Part shown: piece after piece, positions 1 through 8,864 of the stretch | Position numbering within the stretch: the first letter of the stretch is position 1 | Layout of the letters: the number at the start of each line of letters is the position of its first letter | Origin: a virus | Virus record (IMG/VR): IMGVR_UViG_3300037462_000828 | Coordinates: 32,001-96,000 of that record | Length of the DNA: 64,000 nucleotides | Reading direction: 5' to 3' (one strand) | Position numbers and translations under genes: made by a program | The notes under the pieces: generated by a model | The model's database searches: none | What the model was told of the DNA's origin: nothing | Seen by the model: only the letters and a program-made list of their open reading frames with translations

Positions 1-293
1 GCCGCCGCGTACTCTTTGCGGGCCCGAACGCGCCCCCAGCCCTGGCGGCCGCCGAGCCGAGAGCGGGCGAGCCGCTCGGCCGCGACGGCGGCCAGCGTGT
101 CGGCGTGGCCCTCGAACTCGCACACGTGCATCTCGGCCTCGGCGTAGTCGCCGAGCAGCGCCGTGCGGGCCTCGGGGGCGAGCGGATCGCCCCGGTCGTA
201 GAGACGGCTCGCGAGCGCCGTGGCGCGCGCAATCGCCTCGGCGAGGTCGGCGGGTCGGGCGTTCGGGTCGGCGGAAACGTTGGTCGCGGTCAT
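1..293 (-). CDS. hypothetical early protein (partial, runs off window start; MTATNVSADPNARPADLAE...)
   Basis: ATG at 293 preceded by AGAAAGACAAGGGGAC, which is shared with the gene starting at 3507; open frame to window edge. Confidence 0.6.
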   Translation of the reverse strand, partial: MTATNVSADPNARPADLAEAIARATALASRLYDRGDPLAPEARTALLGDYAEAEMHVCEFEGHADTLAAVAAERLARSRLGGRQGWGRVRARKEYAA

Positions 294-329
294 TGTCCCC
301 TTGTCTTTCTGGCGGCGTCGGCGCCGCCC

Positions 330-372
330 CTCACGCGGCAAAGCCCCCGGGCGCTTGCGCACGCGGGGGCGG
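330..372 (-). repeat. class A structured intergenic repeat copy 1 (GC hairpin with GCAA loop + TTTGCCGCGTGAG)
   Basis: 43 bp identical to 13734-13776. Confidence 0.85.
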
Positions 373-390
373 CAGAGGGGCGGGCGTTCG

Positions 391-663
391 TTAGGCAGTC
401 GAAAATCGGTCGAGCTCGTAGCCGTGCGCCTTCGCGGCCAGTTCGGCGAGTGAGTAAGCTTTTTCTCGCAGGGTCGAGGTGGGCGCGTTCCGGCCGATTT
501 CGGCGCGGAAGCACGAGTAGAGCCGGCCGCTACCGAGGTAGGTGACCTCGACGATGGCGGAGCGAGCAGAGCGACGCTCGAAGGTGGCCCACGCGAGCAA
601 ACGAACGGGGGCCGACTTGGGAGCTACGCCGGGGGAGCGGAGGGTTTCGGGGCAGGTCGTCAT
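391..663 (-). CDS. hypothetical protein
   Basis: ORF bounded by class A repeats; ATG at 663. Confidence 0.55.
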   Translation of the reverse strand: MTTCPETLRSPGVAPKSAPVRLLAWATFERRSARSAIVEVTYLGSGRLYSCFRAEIGRNAPTSTLREKAYSLAELAAKAHGYELDRFSTA

Positions 664-671
664 GTGGGCTT

Positions 672-714
672 CTAACGCCCGAAGCCCCAGGCTTGCGCTC
701 TGGGGCGGGGGCGG
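672..714 (-). repeat. class A structured intergenic repeat copy 2
   Basis: GCCCCAGAGC-GCAA-GCCTGGGGC-TTCGGGCGTTAG; near-identical to 13994-14036. Confidence 0.85.
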
Positions 715-731
715 CAGGAGAGGTGGTCGAG

Positions 732-950
732 TCACGTTTTGAACGTGATTGCGCGCATTGAGCCGATCCGTTGGCTGCTTCCCCGCCGCACGACGCCACG
801 CACAGGGAAGCGCACCATGACCTCGGCGCCAGGCTCGAGCCCAAGGAGCCGAGCGTAGTTTTGCGCCGCTTCCTTCGCTTTTTCAGCGGGCGAACGAACC
901 CAATAGCCGACCCGCGAAACGAGCACTTCAAACGAACGTAGTTGCGCCAT
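732..950 (-). CDS. hypothetical protein (MAQLRSFEV...)
   Basis: RBS GGAGGGTGAGACG-ATG, near-identical to that of the gene starting at 13961. Confidence 0.6.
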   Translation of the reverse strand: MAQLRSFEVLVSRVGYWVRSPAEKAKEAAQNYARLLGLEPGAEVMVRFPVRGVVRRGSSQRIGSMRAITFKT

Positions 951-984
951 CGTCTCACCCTCCGCTGCGCCCTCGGCGCCGCCT

Positions 985-1032
985 CTCACGCGCCGAAGCC
1001 CCAGGCCCGGGGGAGGGCTCTGGGGCTCGGCG
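985..1032 (-). repeat. class A structured intergenic repeat copy 3
   Basis: CGCCGA-GCCCCAG...CTGGGGC-T-TCGGCG-CGTGAG hairpin. Confidence 0.75.
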
Positions 1033-1045
1033 GATAGCGGGGCGC

Positions 1046-1351
1046 TCAGACGGCGGAGCACTCCCACGCGCCGTAGTAATACGACCCGCTCTCGACGCCG
1101 CGGCGCGAGACGGGGCCGCCGTCGGGAACGAACACGAGCCGGTCGGCCCGCTCTTCGGCGGGGATTTTCGACACTTGGTAGACGTCCAGCCGACGTAGCT
1201 CGATGGTCGACGACGCGTGCAGCGCCAGTGCGGCCGCGTCGAAGGCGGCCTTGCCGAGGCCGGAGGCGGCGCGAATGGCCTTGACTTGGGTCGTCTCGGT
1301 GACCGAGGAGCGGACGGAGCGCAGGGCAGAGAGGACGGCGGCGGTGTTCAT
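1046..1351 (-). CDS. hypothetical protein (MNTAAVL...)
   Basis: ORF directly downstream of class B promoter. Confidence 0.6.
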   Translation of the reverse strand: MNTAAVLSALRSVRSSVTETTQVKAIRAASGLGKAAFDAAALALHASSTIELRRLDVYQVSKIPAEERADRLVFVPDGGPVSRRGVESGSYYYGAWECSAV

Positions 1352-1375
1352 GGGGCCTCGGTAGTTCTCGCCGGC

Positions 1376-1427
1376 GGTCTCGCCCGCCGACAACTAGAAC
1401 ATACGTCCGAGTGGCGGACTTGTAAAG
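1376..1427 (-). promoter_or_regulatory. class B sigma70-type promoter/operator + conserved leader
   Basis: TTTACA-N17-TATGTT, dyad in spacer, leader GTTGTCGGCGGGCGAGACC. Confidence 0.8.
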
Positions 1428-1428
1428 G

Positions 1429-1719
1429 TCAAATCGACATCGGCTCGACCGTCCAGGCGCCCGACGAGTCGGGGGAGGCCTCGGCCGGGTCGGGCGCGGC
1501 GGGCCAGTAGCAGAGGGCGTGGCCGGCGAGGCAGACGGTCGCGGTCGCGCCGGCGCGGGCGAGGGCCCGGGCGGCCGCCATCGCGGCGCCCTCGTCGCCG
1601 CCGGAGGGCTCGACGCGGGGGCGGCCCCCGGGACCGCAAAGCCGAACGGTGTAGGCCGGCGCGGGGGCCGGCGCGGGGCGCCCGAGGCGGCGGGCGAGTC
1701 GTCGTACGAGTGCGAGCAT
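1429..1719 (-). CDS. hypothetical protein
   Basis: ORF fits the minus-strand gene tiling. Confidence 0.45.
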   Translation of the reverse strand: MLALVRRLARRLGRPAPAPAPAYTVRLCGPGGRPRVEPSGGDEGAAMAAARALARAGATATVCLAGHALCYWPAAPDPAEASPDSSGAWTVEPMSI

Positions 1720-1803
1720 GGTCCCTAGTTCTTCCCGAGCCCGCCCCCTCCCCCGGCGGGCCCTTCCTGCGGTTGCTATACTACGCCCCCCCCCGGGAGC
1801 GCT

Positions 1804-2244
1804 TCAGTCGGCCCAGGCCCGGGCGCCCCACCCCCGGGCGCGCGCGGCCCGCACGAGGGCGGGGATCATCTGCGACCGGGGCGTTACCTTCGGGCCGCGC
1901 TTGCGGTACTGCGGCGATCGCTCTTGCGGGTGCTCGCGGCAGAGCCGCGAGAGCGCGGCGCCGTCGGCGGCGGTCAGCCGGTAGTCGAGCCGCGCGACGT
2001 CGCCGGCCGGGCGGTCGACGGGGTCGAGGGGCCAGCGCTCGGCGGCGGCCGACCGGACGAGCAGCCCGAGCAGGAACGATTCGCTCGCGCCGAGGGCGGC
2101 CGCGAGTTCGGCGAGGCGCCGGCGGTCGCCCGCCTCGAGTTCGCAGGTCGAGTGCGTCTTCGTGCCCTCGCTCGCCGGGGCGCGCGCGCGGCCCCGGCCG
2201 CCGGCTCTCGAGAGGGTTTTCGGGTCGCTTCGGTCGTCGGTCAT
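1804..2244 (-). CDS. putative tandem ribbon-helix-helix (CopG/MetJ-like) DNA-binding protein
   Basis: two strand-helix-helix-like segments (STCELEAGDRRRLAELAAALGASESFLLGLLVR; LDYRLTAADGAALSRL...SQMIPALVR). Confidence 0.45.
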   Translation of the reverse strand: MTDDRSDPKTLSRAGGRGRARAPASEGTKTHSTCELEAGDRRRLAELAAALGASESFLLGLLVRSAAAERWPLDPVDRPAGDVARLDYRLTAADGAALSRLCREHPQERSPQYRKRGPKVTPRSQMIPALVRAARARGWGARAWAD

Positions 2245-2274
2245 GATCGGGGGCGGGCCTCCTGCCCGTCGGTC

Positions 2275-2302
2275 AACCTACGCCCCTATGGCGTAGGGTC
2301 AA
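2275..2302 (-). promoter_or_regulatory. class B promoter with perfect operator dyad
   Basis: TTGACC-N16-TAGGTT; CCTACGCC-ATAGG-GGCGTAGG. Confidence 0.8.
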
Positions 2303-2312
2303 GGCCCCGCCC

Positions 2313-2523
2313 CTAGCGACCGCGGCCGGGCCCGAGCACGAGCGGCATCCGGGCGGCCGCCTCGCGGCGGGCGGCGTTGGCGGCGCGTCGTGCGGCGTCG
2401 GCGCGGCGCGAGGCCTCGAGGCTGCGCATCGCGACGCGGATCGCCTCGGCGCCGAGGTCGAGCTTGGCGAGGGTCGGGGAAGGGGCGGGGAACATGCTGC
2501 TAACGGCGGTACGGGTCGACATG
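2313..2523 (-). CDS. hypothetical protein (MSTRTAVSS...)
   Basis: ATG in the ACCCCATG start context shared by several early genes. Confidence 0.45.
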
Positions 2524-2578
2524 GGGTTCGTTGGTCTCAAACCTAACGAACGGCCCGGGCCGCCCGGGCCCGTAGGGG

Positions 2579-3106
2579 CTAATCGACGAGGGCCGGCGGC
2601 GCCGGGTCGGCCGGGGGCGGCTCGTCGCGGGGGCAACGCCCGGCGCATTGGCCAAAAACGAGCGGGCTGCCCCCGCTCGCGATCCACCGAAGCGGCCCCG
2701 GGTCGCTCTGCCCCCAATGGCTCGGCGGCTTGAGCAGGCACCGGGCGGCGGGCGAGACCAGTTCGAGCCGAAGCCGGTTGCGCGAGCGGCGCACGCCGTC
2801 GAGGCCTTCGGGGTCGGCCGGCTGTACGCGGCTAGGGCACGCGGCGCGGTCGGTCGGGGGCGGCTCGCCCTCGAGAACCTCGCACGCGGCGATCGCGGCG
2901 ATCGCGGCGTCGGGGCCGACGAGGGCGACGAAAAGCTGCGCCGCGCCGAACGCGTCGGCGCCCTCCTCGAGGGTCTCGCCCGAAGGAACGTCGCGCCAGT
3001 CGATGACCGAACCGCGCCCGGCCGTCACGCGCGGGCCGTGAAGCACGGCGCCGGCGAGCAGGTGCCGCGCCGCGCGCCGAACGGCCGCGAAGGTCTCGGC
3101 GCTCAC
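2579..3106 (-). CDS. hypothetical protein
   Basis: GTG start overlaps upstream stop; normal amino-acid composition. Confidence 0.5.
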   Translation of the reverse strand: MSAETFAAVRRAARHLLAGAVLHGPRVTAGRGSVIDWRDVPSGETLEEGADAFGAAQLFVALVGPDAAIAAIAACEVLEGEPPPTDRAACPSRVQPADPEGLDGVRRSRNRLRLELVSPAARCLLKPPSHWGQSDPGPLRWIASGGSPLVFGQCAGRCPRDEPPPADPAPPALVD

Positions 3107-3507
3107 GTCGCCGACTCCGAGCGGAGCGTCGGAGGGCAGGGTTCGGACGGGCGCCCCTCGGGGGGCGGCGCGCGCCAGCCGTCGCAAGGGGCGCCGTCCT
3201 CGTAGCGGGCGAGCACGCGCCCCGTGCGACGGTCGAACGCCTCGACGACGCCCGAGCGGTCGAGGCTCTCGGCGAACGCGTCGACGACGACCTCGGCGCG
3301 GCCCTCGTCGGTGCCGGGCCAGCCCCCGTCGAGTTCGACCTTGTAGTCGGTCCCCGCGTCGCCCCCGGTCGTCTCGGTCACGCGCAGGCCGTAGCGCGGA
3401 AGGCGCGCGTAGAGGTCGGCCCGTAGGCTGTCCTCGCGGCTTACCTCGGCGAGGTCGGCGGCCTCGGCCGCGAGGCGCTCGCGCTCGTAGGAAACGGTGC
3501 TTGTCAT
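3103..3507 (-). CDS. hypothetical protein (MTSTVSYERE...)
   Basis: AGAAAGACAAGGGGAC-ATG shared with the gene at 293. Confidence 0.6.
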   Translation of the reverse strand: MTSTVSYERERLAAEAADLAEVSREDSLRADLYARLPRYGLRVTETTGGDAGTDYKVELDGGWPGTDEGRAEVVVDAFAESLDRSGVVEAFDRRTGRVLARYEDGAPCDGWRAPPPEGRPSEPCPPTLRSESAT

Positions 3508-3549
3508 GTCCCCTTGTCTTTCTCTGCGGGTCGGCTTCGGCGCCGACCC

Positions 3550-3594
3550 CTCACGCGGCAATGCCCCCGGGCGCCTTGCGGGGCGCGGGGGCGG
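3550..3594 (-). repeat. class A structured intergenic repeat copy 4
   Basis: GCCCCCG...GCAA...CGGGGGC-ATTGCCGCGTGAG. Confidence 0.8.
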
Positions 3595-3599
3595 TCAGG

Positions 3600-3917
3600 T
3601 CAGGCGGCGACGTCGCAACGGAACGCGTCGGCGCCAGAGGTCAGGTGACCGAGAACGGTGCGGCGAATCGCGTCGAACGCCTTGCCGGCCTCCGTGGGCG
3701 GGAACATGTCGGCCCCGCCGGACAGCCCGTACGTCCACCCGCCCGCGCGGTAACGCACCTGCCAGCCCTCGGCGCCGCTCTTGCGGCTGGCGGCGGCGGT
3801 GCGCGTCTGTCGGGCGCAGACGATGAGCACGAAATCGAACCGAGGCATCGCCTTGGCGGCGAGCGCCACATCCCAAACCTTCGCCGAAATCGCCGCCTGA
3901 ATCTCCGCTTTCGTCAT
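3600..3917 (-). CDS. hypothetical protein (MTKAEIQAAI...)
   Basis: between class B promoter and class A repeat; AAGGA RBS. Confidence 0.65.
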   Translation of the reverse strand: MTKAEIQAAISAKVWDVALAAKAMPRFDFVLIVCARQTRTAAASRKSGAEGWQVRYRAGGWTYGLSGGADMFPPTEAGKAFDAIRRTVLGHLTSGADAFRCDVAA

Positions 3918-3942
3918 GGGGTCTGGTTCCTTTTTGCCGCCG

Positions 3943-3993
3943 GGTCTCGCCCGCCGACAACGAGAACCTACGACCTAGTGTCGTAGTTGTAAA
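3943..3993 (-). promoter_or_regulatory. class B promoter/operator + conserved leader
   Basis: TTTACA-N17-TAGGTT; CTACGAC-ACTAG-GTCGTAG perfect dyad. Confidence 0.85.
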
Positions 3994-4631
3994 GGCCCGT
4001 CCGGTCGATTATTGCCGAGGGCCTCGGCGGGCGAGCGCCCGAGCCACCAACCCGGCGACGTGCCGTCGGGCCGGTAGAGGGCCATGACGTCGGCGAAGAT
4101 GGGCGTAGGTACGAGCCCCCCGACGGTCTCCCAATCGCCGCGGCGGGCGGCCTCGCGCACGGCGGTCGAACTCGCGGCCGGGGGCTGAGGCAGGTGAAAA
4201 TACCGATAGCCCTTGCGCCCAACGATGATCGGCGGGGCGAGCGCGCAGAGTTCGGCCCAGTAGGCCTCGCCCCAGGTCGGCCCCCGCTCGTACGTGTCGG
4301 CGCCGACCGCGAACCGAAGGGCCCAGTCGGTGTGCTCGGCGAGCAAGTGCTTGACCGTGCGGAGCGTCAGGCTCTCGCCGCCGAGCCGGCCCTCGACGTC
4401 GCTCACCTCGGCGCGGGGCACCCAAGCGAAGGCCTTGCGGGCCATCGCGAGGCGGGCCTCGAAGGGGGCGAGGCTCTTGCCGGCCTGCTGGTAGCACGGC
4501 ACGACGAGCACGCGGTCGACCTCGCCCGAGAGGGCGATGCTCGCGGCGGCGACGACGTGCCCGACGTGGGTCGGGTCGAGTGAGCCGCCGTAGAGGGCGA
4601 CGCGCGTCGGGCGGGGAGAGGGGGGCGTCAT
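3975..4631 (-). CDS. nadD: nicotinate/nicotinamide-nucleotide adenylyltransferase (NadD family)
   Basis: YGGSLDPTHVGH (HxGH motif), R..M, S.TL.T, VGAD and SST.VR motifs. Confidence 0.85.
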   Translation of the reverse strand: MTPPSPRPTRVALYGGSLDPTHVGHVVAAASIALSGEVDRVLVVPCYQQAGKSLAPFEARLAMARKAFAWVPRAEVSDVEGRLGGESLTLRTVKHLLAEHTDWALRFAVGADTYERGPTWGEAYWAELCALAPPIIVGRKGYRYFHLPQPPAASSTAVREAARRGDWETVGGLVPTPIFADVMALYRPDGTSPGWWLGRSPAEALGNNRPDGPLQLRH

Positions 4632-5004
4632 GGCCGGAGCCTGGCGCGCCGCCGGGGCGGGCCGCGCGCCGGGGGCCGCTACCGCGCGGCGCCGAGGCAC
4701 CACGCGACGAGCCGGTCGTGCTCCTCGGCGGCGGGCCCCTCGATCGAGACCGTACGCGCGAGCGCGTCGGCGGCCGCCCCCGGGGGCGCGCCGTCTCCGC
4801 CGCCGAAGCGCTTGGTCGACGGCGGCTCGTCCTCGCCCCCGGCCGGCGGGGGGTCGGAGCGGGGCGCCGCCGGGAAGGCCTGGCGGTAGGGCCCCGGCGG
4901 GGGGTCGGAGCGGGGCGCCGCAGGCCGAGGCCGGGCCCGCGGTGGCTTGGCGGCGCCGAGGCCGCACAGGGCCGCGAGGGCGGCGAGGGGCGAACGGCGC
5001 ACGG

Positions 5005-5643
5005 CTACGCCCCCTCGGCCGGCGCGGGCGGCAGGTTGCAGATGACGACGTAGGCCCGAACGGGGTGCTTGGTCTTGAGGTTTCGAAACCCAATCATCGC
5101 GCGCCGGAAAACGTCGCGGTCGACCGAAACGTCGACGCGCCAGCCGGCGGCGTCGTCGCTTTGAAAGACGAGCCGCGCGCGCCGGCGCCACGAAGCGCCA
5201 TGGCACGCGCCGAAGTCGTAGTCGGGCTCGCGCGCCTCGACGAGCGTAAAGGGTTCGGCCGCATCGCCTCGTTCGCCCGCAACGCTTGCGAACCGCGCGA
5301 GGGCCCCGGCGAGCGCCCCCGACTGCTCGGCCGACGATAGGGCGGTGGCGGCAAGCGCGAGCGGCCGCGCGTCCTCGGCCTCGCGGCACCGGGCCTCGAA
5401 ATAGGAGGCCTTGGTCGCGAGCAGCCAGACGAGCACGCGGTCGCCGACGCCCGCGGCCGTATCGGTCGGCTCGACGGCGAAGCGCTCGACGTGGTCGGGC
5501 CACCAGCGGGGGCACGCGACGCGGAGCGCCCAATGGTCGACCGGGTCGCGCTCGACGGTAAAATCTGCGGCCCGCACGTCGGTGCGCGTCGGCCGGGCGG
5601 AAAGCACGCGGTCGACGACGAGGTCGGCGAAGGTCTTGGCCAT
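5005..5643 (-). CDS. hypothetical protein (MAKTFADLVV...)
   Basis: ATG overlaps upstream stop. Confidence 0.55.
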   Translation of the reverse strand: MAKTFADLVVDRVLSARPTRTDVRAADFTVERDPVDHWALRVACPRWWPDHVERFAVEPTDTAAGVGDRVLVWLLATKASYFEARCREAEDARPLALAATALSSAEQSGALAGALARFASVAGERGDAAEPFTLVEAREPDYDFGACHGASWRRRARLVFQSDDAAGWRVDVSVDRDVFRRAMIGFRNLKTKHPVRAYVVICNLPPAPAEGA

Positions 5644-6332
5644 CAGCCGACCCCGAGAAGCGCGATCGACGCGCCGTAGCGGCGCACGGCCTCGGAGCAA
5701 CCGTCGCGGTCGTCGGCGATGCGCGCGCGGAGCACGCGGCGCAGGCCCTCGAGGTCGGCGGCGAGCCCGATCGGGCGGTTGTCGACGCAGAATACCTCGC
5801 GCTCGGCGCCAGACAAAAACGTCGCGCCGATCGACGAAGGCCGGACGAAAAAGCCGACCGTCGGGCCGTCGCGCTCGATGCTTAGGGCGAGGTCGGGACG
5901 CTTGGCGAGCCCGGGGGCGAAGGCGAGTTTTGCCGCCTCGAGAAGGCGGCCGGTCTTGTACGGGTCGAGGGGGGCCTGGTCGTCGGTCATGGTTGGTTTC
6001 TCCGCCGAGGGGTACGGCCCGCCTCGGCCGGCGCGTAAGGGCTTTTTCGGGAAGGGCAGCGGAATCGTTCGGGCGGCGGGGTCGCCGGGCGGGGCGCCCT
6101 CGGCCATCGCGTCGAGCGCGTCGGCGAGGGCGTCGTCCTCGGTGTCGAAGAGGTCGGGCCGCCCGCGCCCCGTCGGCAAACTGCGGGCGTGGGCGCCGAC
6201 GAGAAGCTGCCCGAGGCGCAGCGCGGGACAGGCGAGCCACGCGGCGAGCAGGGCCTCGACGACGAGGCGCTTTTGCGCGGGCTCGGCGGCGCGCCCCGGG
6301 GGCGGCCCGGGGAAGTGGCGCGGCGGGCTCAT
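5643..6332 (-). CDS. hypothetical protein with probable internal start at 5990
   Basis: one open frame; class C promoter at 6013-6039 precedes in-frame ATG 5990. Confidence 0.5.
   Translation of the reverse strand: MSPPRHFPGPPPGRAAEPAQKRLVVEALLAAWLACPALRLGQLLVGAHARSLPTGRGRPDLFDTEDDALADALDAMAEGAPPGDPAARTIPLPFPKKPLRAGRGGPYPSAEKPTMTDDQAPLDPYKTGRLLEAAKLAFAPGLAKRPDLALSIERDGPTVGFFVRPSSIGATFLSGAEREVFCVDNRPIGLAADLEGLRRVLRARIADDRDGCSEAVRRYGASIALLGVG
6013..6039 (-). promoter_or_regulatory. class C promoter motif
   Basis: CTTAC-N16-GCCGTA. Confidence 0.65.
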
Positions 6333-6790
6333 CCGAACGGGCAGCTCTCGGGCGCTGGCTCGACGCCGAGTTCGTCGCACGCGTCAAGGATGGCCTGGTG
6401 TTGGCAGCACGCTTCGGTAAACCGGGCCGTGGCCGCTTGGGCCGACCGGTCGGCCTCCTCGGCGTCGCGGCCCGAACGCTTGGCGAGGTTGGCGACGAGG
6501 TCGAGTACGGCGAGCAGCGGCTCGTCGTTGCGATCGGATCCCCACGCGTGCGCAACGCCCGACGCGACGATCGCCGGGCCCTGCTCGTCCTCGGGGCAAT
6601 GGCCATCGAACGTTTCGACCAGTTCGGCGACGTACTGGCCCGACGAGCCCGGCGCCCCCGGGTCGAGCAGCCGAAGCTCGAACGAGCGCCCCGTGTAGGC
6701 CGACTCAACGGCGCGCTCGAGCACGGCGATGGCCTTGCCGAGGCCGCGCACCCGGCCCTCGACGGGGGCCGTTCGGTAGGCGGGTATCAT
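6329..6790 (-). CDS. hypothetical protein (MIPAYRTAP...)
   Basis: ATGA overlaps with both neighbours. Confidence 0.55.
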   Translation of the reverse strand: MIPAYRTAPVEGRVRGLGKAIAVLERAVESAYTGRSFELRLLDPGAPGSSGQYVAELVETFDGHCPEDEQGPAIVASGVAHAWGSDRNDEPLLAVLDLVANLAKRSGRDAEEADRSAQAATARFTEACCQHQAILDACDELGVEPAPESCPFG

Positions 6791-7431
6791 GGCGCGGCCT
6801 CGGGCGTGCGCGGCAGGACGGCGGTCCTCCCGGCGGCGTACGTCGCGGCCTTCGCCTCGCAGCGGCCGGCAAGGTAGCGCGCCGCCTCGTCGAGGGCGGA
6901 GAGCGAGCCGTCGTTGCGCACGACGACGTCGAAGATCGCGTCGGGCAGATCGCCGAGTTCGCGCTCGCTTTGGTGCGCGCCGGCGTCGCCCGCGAGCCCG
7001 GCCCCGGGCCGGACGATCCGAACGAGCAGGGCGCCGACGTCGGCGAACGCGAAGAGTTCGTTTTGAAAGCGCGCGTCGTCGAAGACGAGAAGGCCCGCGC
7101 CGCCGGCGGGCTCGTCGGCCTCGGCCATGCGGCGGGCGGCGTCGATCCAGACCCGCGGGTAGATCTGCCGGCCGACCTCGGTGCCGAGCTTCTGAAGCGC
7201 CTCGCGCGGCGTCAGGCACGTGCCGTCGGCGCGGGGGAAGCGCGGGTCGGGCCGGTTTCTCGCCTCGCTCGGGCCGTAGAGCTGCGCGTGCGAGAAGCCG
7301 AAGACAATCGCCGCCGCTTGCTTGAGCGGCGCCGCGAACGACGACCGAAGAAAGCCGTGGTTGCGTACGAGGGCGGTCGCGAGCGTGCTTTTGCCGGCGC
7401 CGGCGGCACCGGACAAGAGAATGACCTTCAT
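6787..7431 (-). CDS. deoxynucleoside monophosphate kinase
   Basis: GAAGAGKST P-loop, SFA.PLK, TPREALQKLGTEVGR, DDARFQNE, HQSE motifs. Confidence 0.9.
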   Translation of the reverse strand: MKVILLSGAAGAGKSTLATALVRNHGFLRSSFAAPLKQAAAIVFGFSHAQLYGPSEARNRPDPRFPRADGTCLTPREALQKLGTEVGRQIYPRVWIDAARRMAEADEPAGGAGLLVFDDARFQNELFAFADVGALLVRIVRPGAGLAGDAGAHQSERELGDLPDAIFDVVVRNDGSLSALDEAARYLAGRCEAKAATYAAGRTAVLPRTPEAAP

Positions 7432-7679
7432 GACTTGAACCTCACCCTTTCGTTGACGGCCGCGAGCACGCTCGCGACCAGCGGCCAGAACCCGCGCGCG
7501 GGGTAGGCCATGACCTCGAACCGTTCGTCGACGCCGGTGACCAGGCACCGGCCGCGGCACGCCTGGGGCATCGCCTCGCCCGGGTCGCGCGCGCCGACGC
7601 CCTCGATTTCGGCCTCGCCGAGCACTTCGTCGAGGGCCTCGACGCCGCCGGGCCGCAGAATGACTTTGACGATGATCAT
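7428..7679 (-). CDS. hypothetical protein
   Basis: small ORF in operon tiling. Confidence 0.5.
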   Translation of the reverse strand: MIIVKVILRPGGVEALDEVLGEAEIEGVGARDPGEAMPQACRGRCLVTGVDERFEVMAYPARGFWPLVASVLAAVNERVRFKS

Positions 7680-7692
7680 CTCGCGTGGCCTT

Positions 7693-8613
7693 TCAAAACT
7701 CTAGAACTTCGTTGACCGGCTCGGCCGCGCGCGGCCGCAGCGGCGCGGGCCGGTAGCCTGCTGTTACGACGACCTCGAGCACGTCGCCGCGCGCGTCGGC
7801 GTCCGCGGCGATCGAGCGGGGGGCGGGCAGGGGCTCGACCCGAAACGGGTGCCCGGCGTACCAGCCCGTGACCTTCTCGGTCAGACCGTTCGAGGCCATG
7901 ACCTTCGCGCCCCGGCCGGCGGCGGCGCGCAGGGCCGCGGCGAGCCGCGCTTGGTCCTTGTCGCCGAACCCCTCGGCGGTGTACGCGGTGAACGATTTCT
8001 TGCCCGGCGGCGCGTCGTAGGGCGGGTCAGCGTAGACGAAATCGCCGGCCCGCGCCGCCGCGACGGTCGCGTCGAACGGGCAGCAGACGAGTTCGGCGCG
8101 CGTGCGGCGCAGGGCGTCGGAGCAGGCGTAAAGGTTCGCCTCGCCGAGGTCGGGGGGGAGCCGCTTTTTCCCCCAGGGCGTGTTCATCCGGCCGTCCCCC
8201 TTGTTGACCCGATAGAGCCCGTTGTAGCAAAGCCGGTTGAGGAAGATCATCCGGCCGGCGACCTCGCCCGGCTCGAGCGCATCGGGGTCGAGAGCGCGCG
8301 CGGCGTAGTAGTCGGCCTCGGCGATGACAACCCCCTCGGGGGCGAAGCGGCGGAAGGCGTTGGCGACGCCCGAGGGGTCGTCGCGCACGGCCTCGTAGGT
8401 CGTGACGAGTTCTCTGTTCGCGTCGGCGAGCAGGGGGCGCCGGCCGTCGAGCCGGCCCTGCGCGGCGAGCTCCCAAAAGAGGGCGCCCCCGCCGAGGAAG
8501 GGCTCGACGTAGCGGCCGCGCCAGCCACCGCGCGGCAGGCGCGCGAGGAGCGACGGCATGAGGCCGCGCTTGCCGCCGGGCCAGCGCAGGAAGGGCTCGG
8601 GGCGGGCGGTCAT
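7693..8613 (-). CDS. dam: Dam-family (D12 class) N6-adenine DNA methyltransferase
   Basis: RWPGGK, YVEPFLGGGA, YNGLYRVN, DPPY motifs. Confidence 0.92.
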   Translation of the reverse strand: MTARPEPFLRWPGGKRGLMPSLLARLPRGGWRGRYVEPFLGGGALFWELAAQGRLDGRRPLLADANRELVTTYEAVRDDPSGVANAFRRFAPEGVVIAEADYYAARALDPDALEPGEVAGRMIFLNRLCYNGLYRVNKGDGRMNTPWGKKRLPPDLGEANLYACSDALRRTRAELVCCPFDATVAAARAGDFVYADPPYDAPPGKKSFTAYTAEGFGDKDQARLAAALRAAAGRGAKVMASNGLTEKVTGWYAGHPFRVEPLPAPRSIAADADARGDVLEVVVTAGYRPAPLRPRAAEPVNEVLEF

Positions 8614-8864
8614 TCGGGCGCGCCGACGTTCTTGCACTGCTCGGTTCGCTCGCGCTCGACCTCTTCGAGCGCGCCGCGGGCGCAGCGCAGGGCGGTCTTG
8701 AGCCGGTCGACGGCCAGGCGGGCGCGCTTGACGCGTTCGGCGGCGCTCGGGTGAACGCGCTTGTGCGTTCGGTTGACGACGTCTAGATCGCGGCTCGCCA
8801 AGAACGCCGCGCTGGCCGCGCGACCGGCGAGTTCCGACGCGTTTGGGTTCGGGTCTGGTTTCAC
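8610..8864 (-). CDS. hypothetical protein
   Basis: GTGA/ATGA overlaps with neighbours. Confidence 0.5.
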   Translation of the reverse strand: MKPDPNPNASELAGRAASAAFLASRDLDVVNRTHKRVHPSAAERVKRARLAVDRLKTALRCARGALEEVERERTEQCKNVGAPE

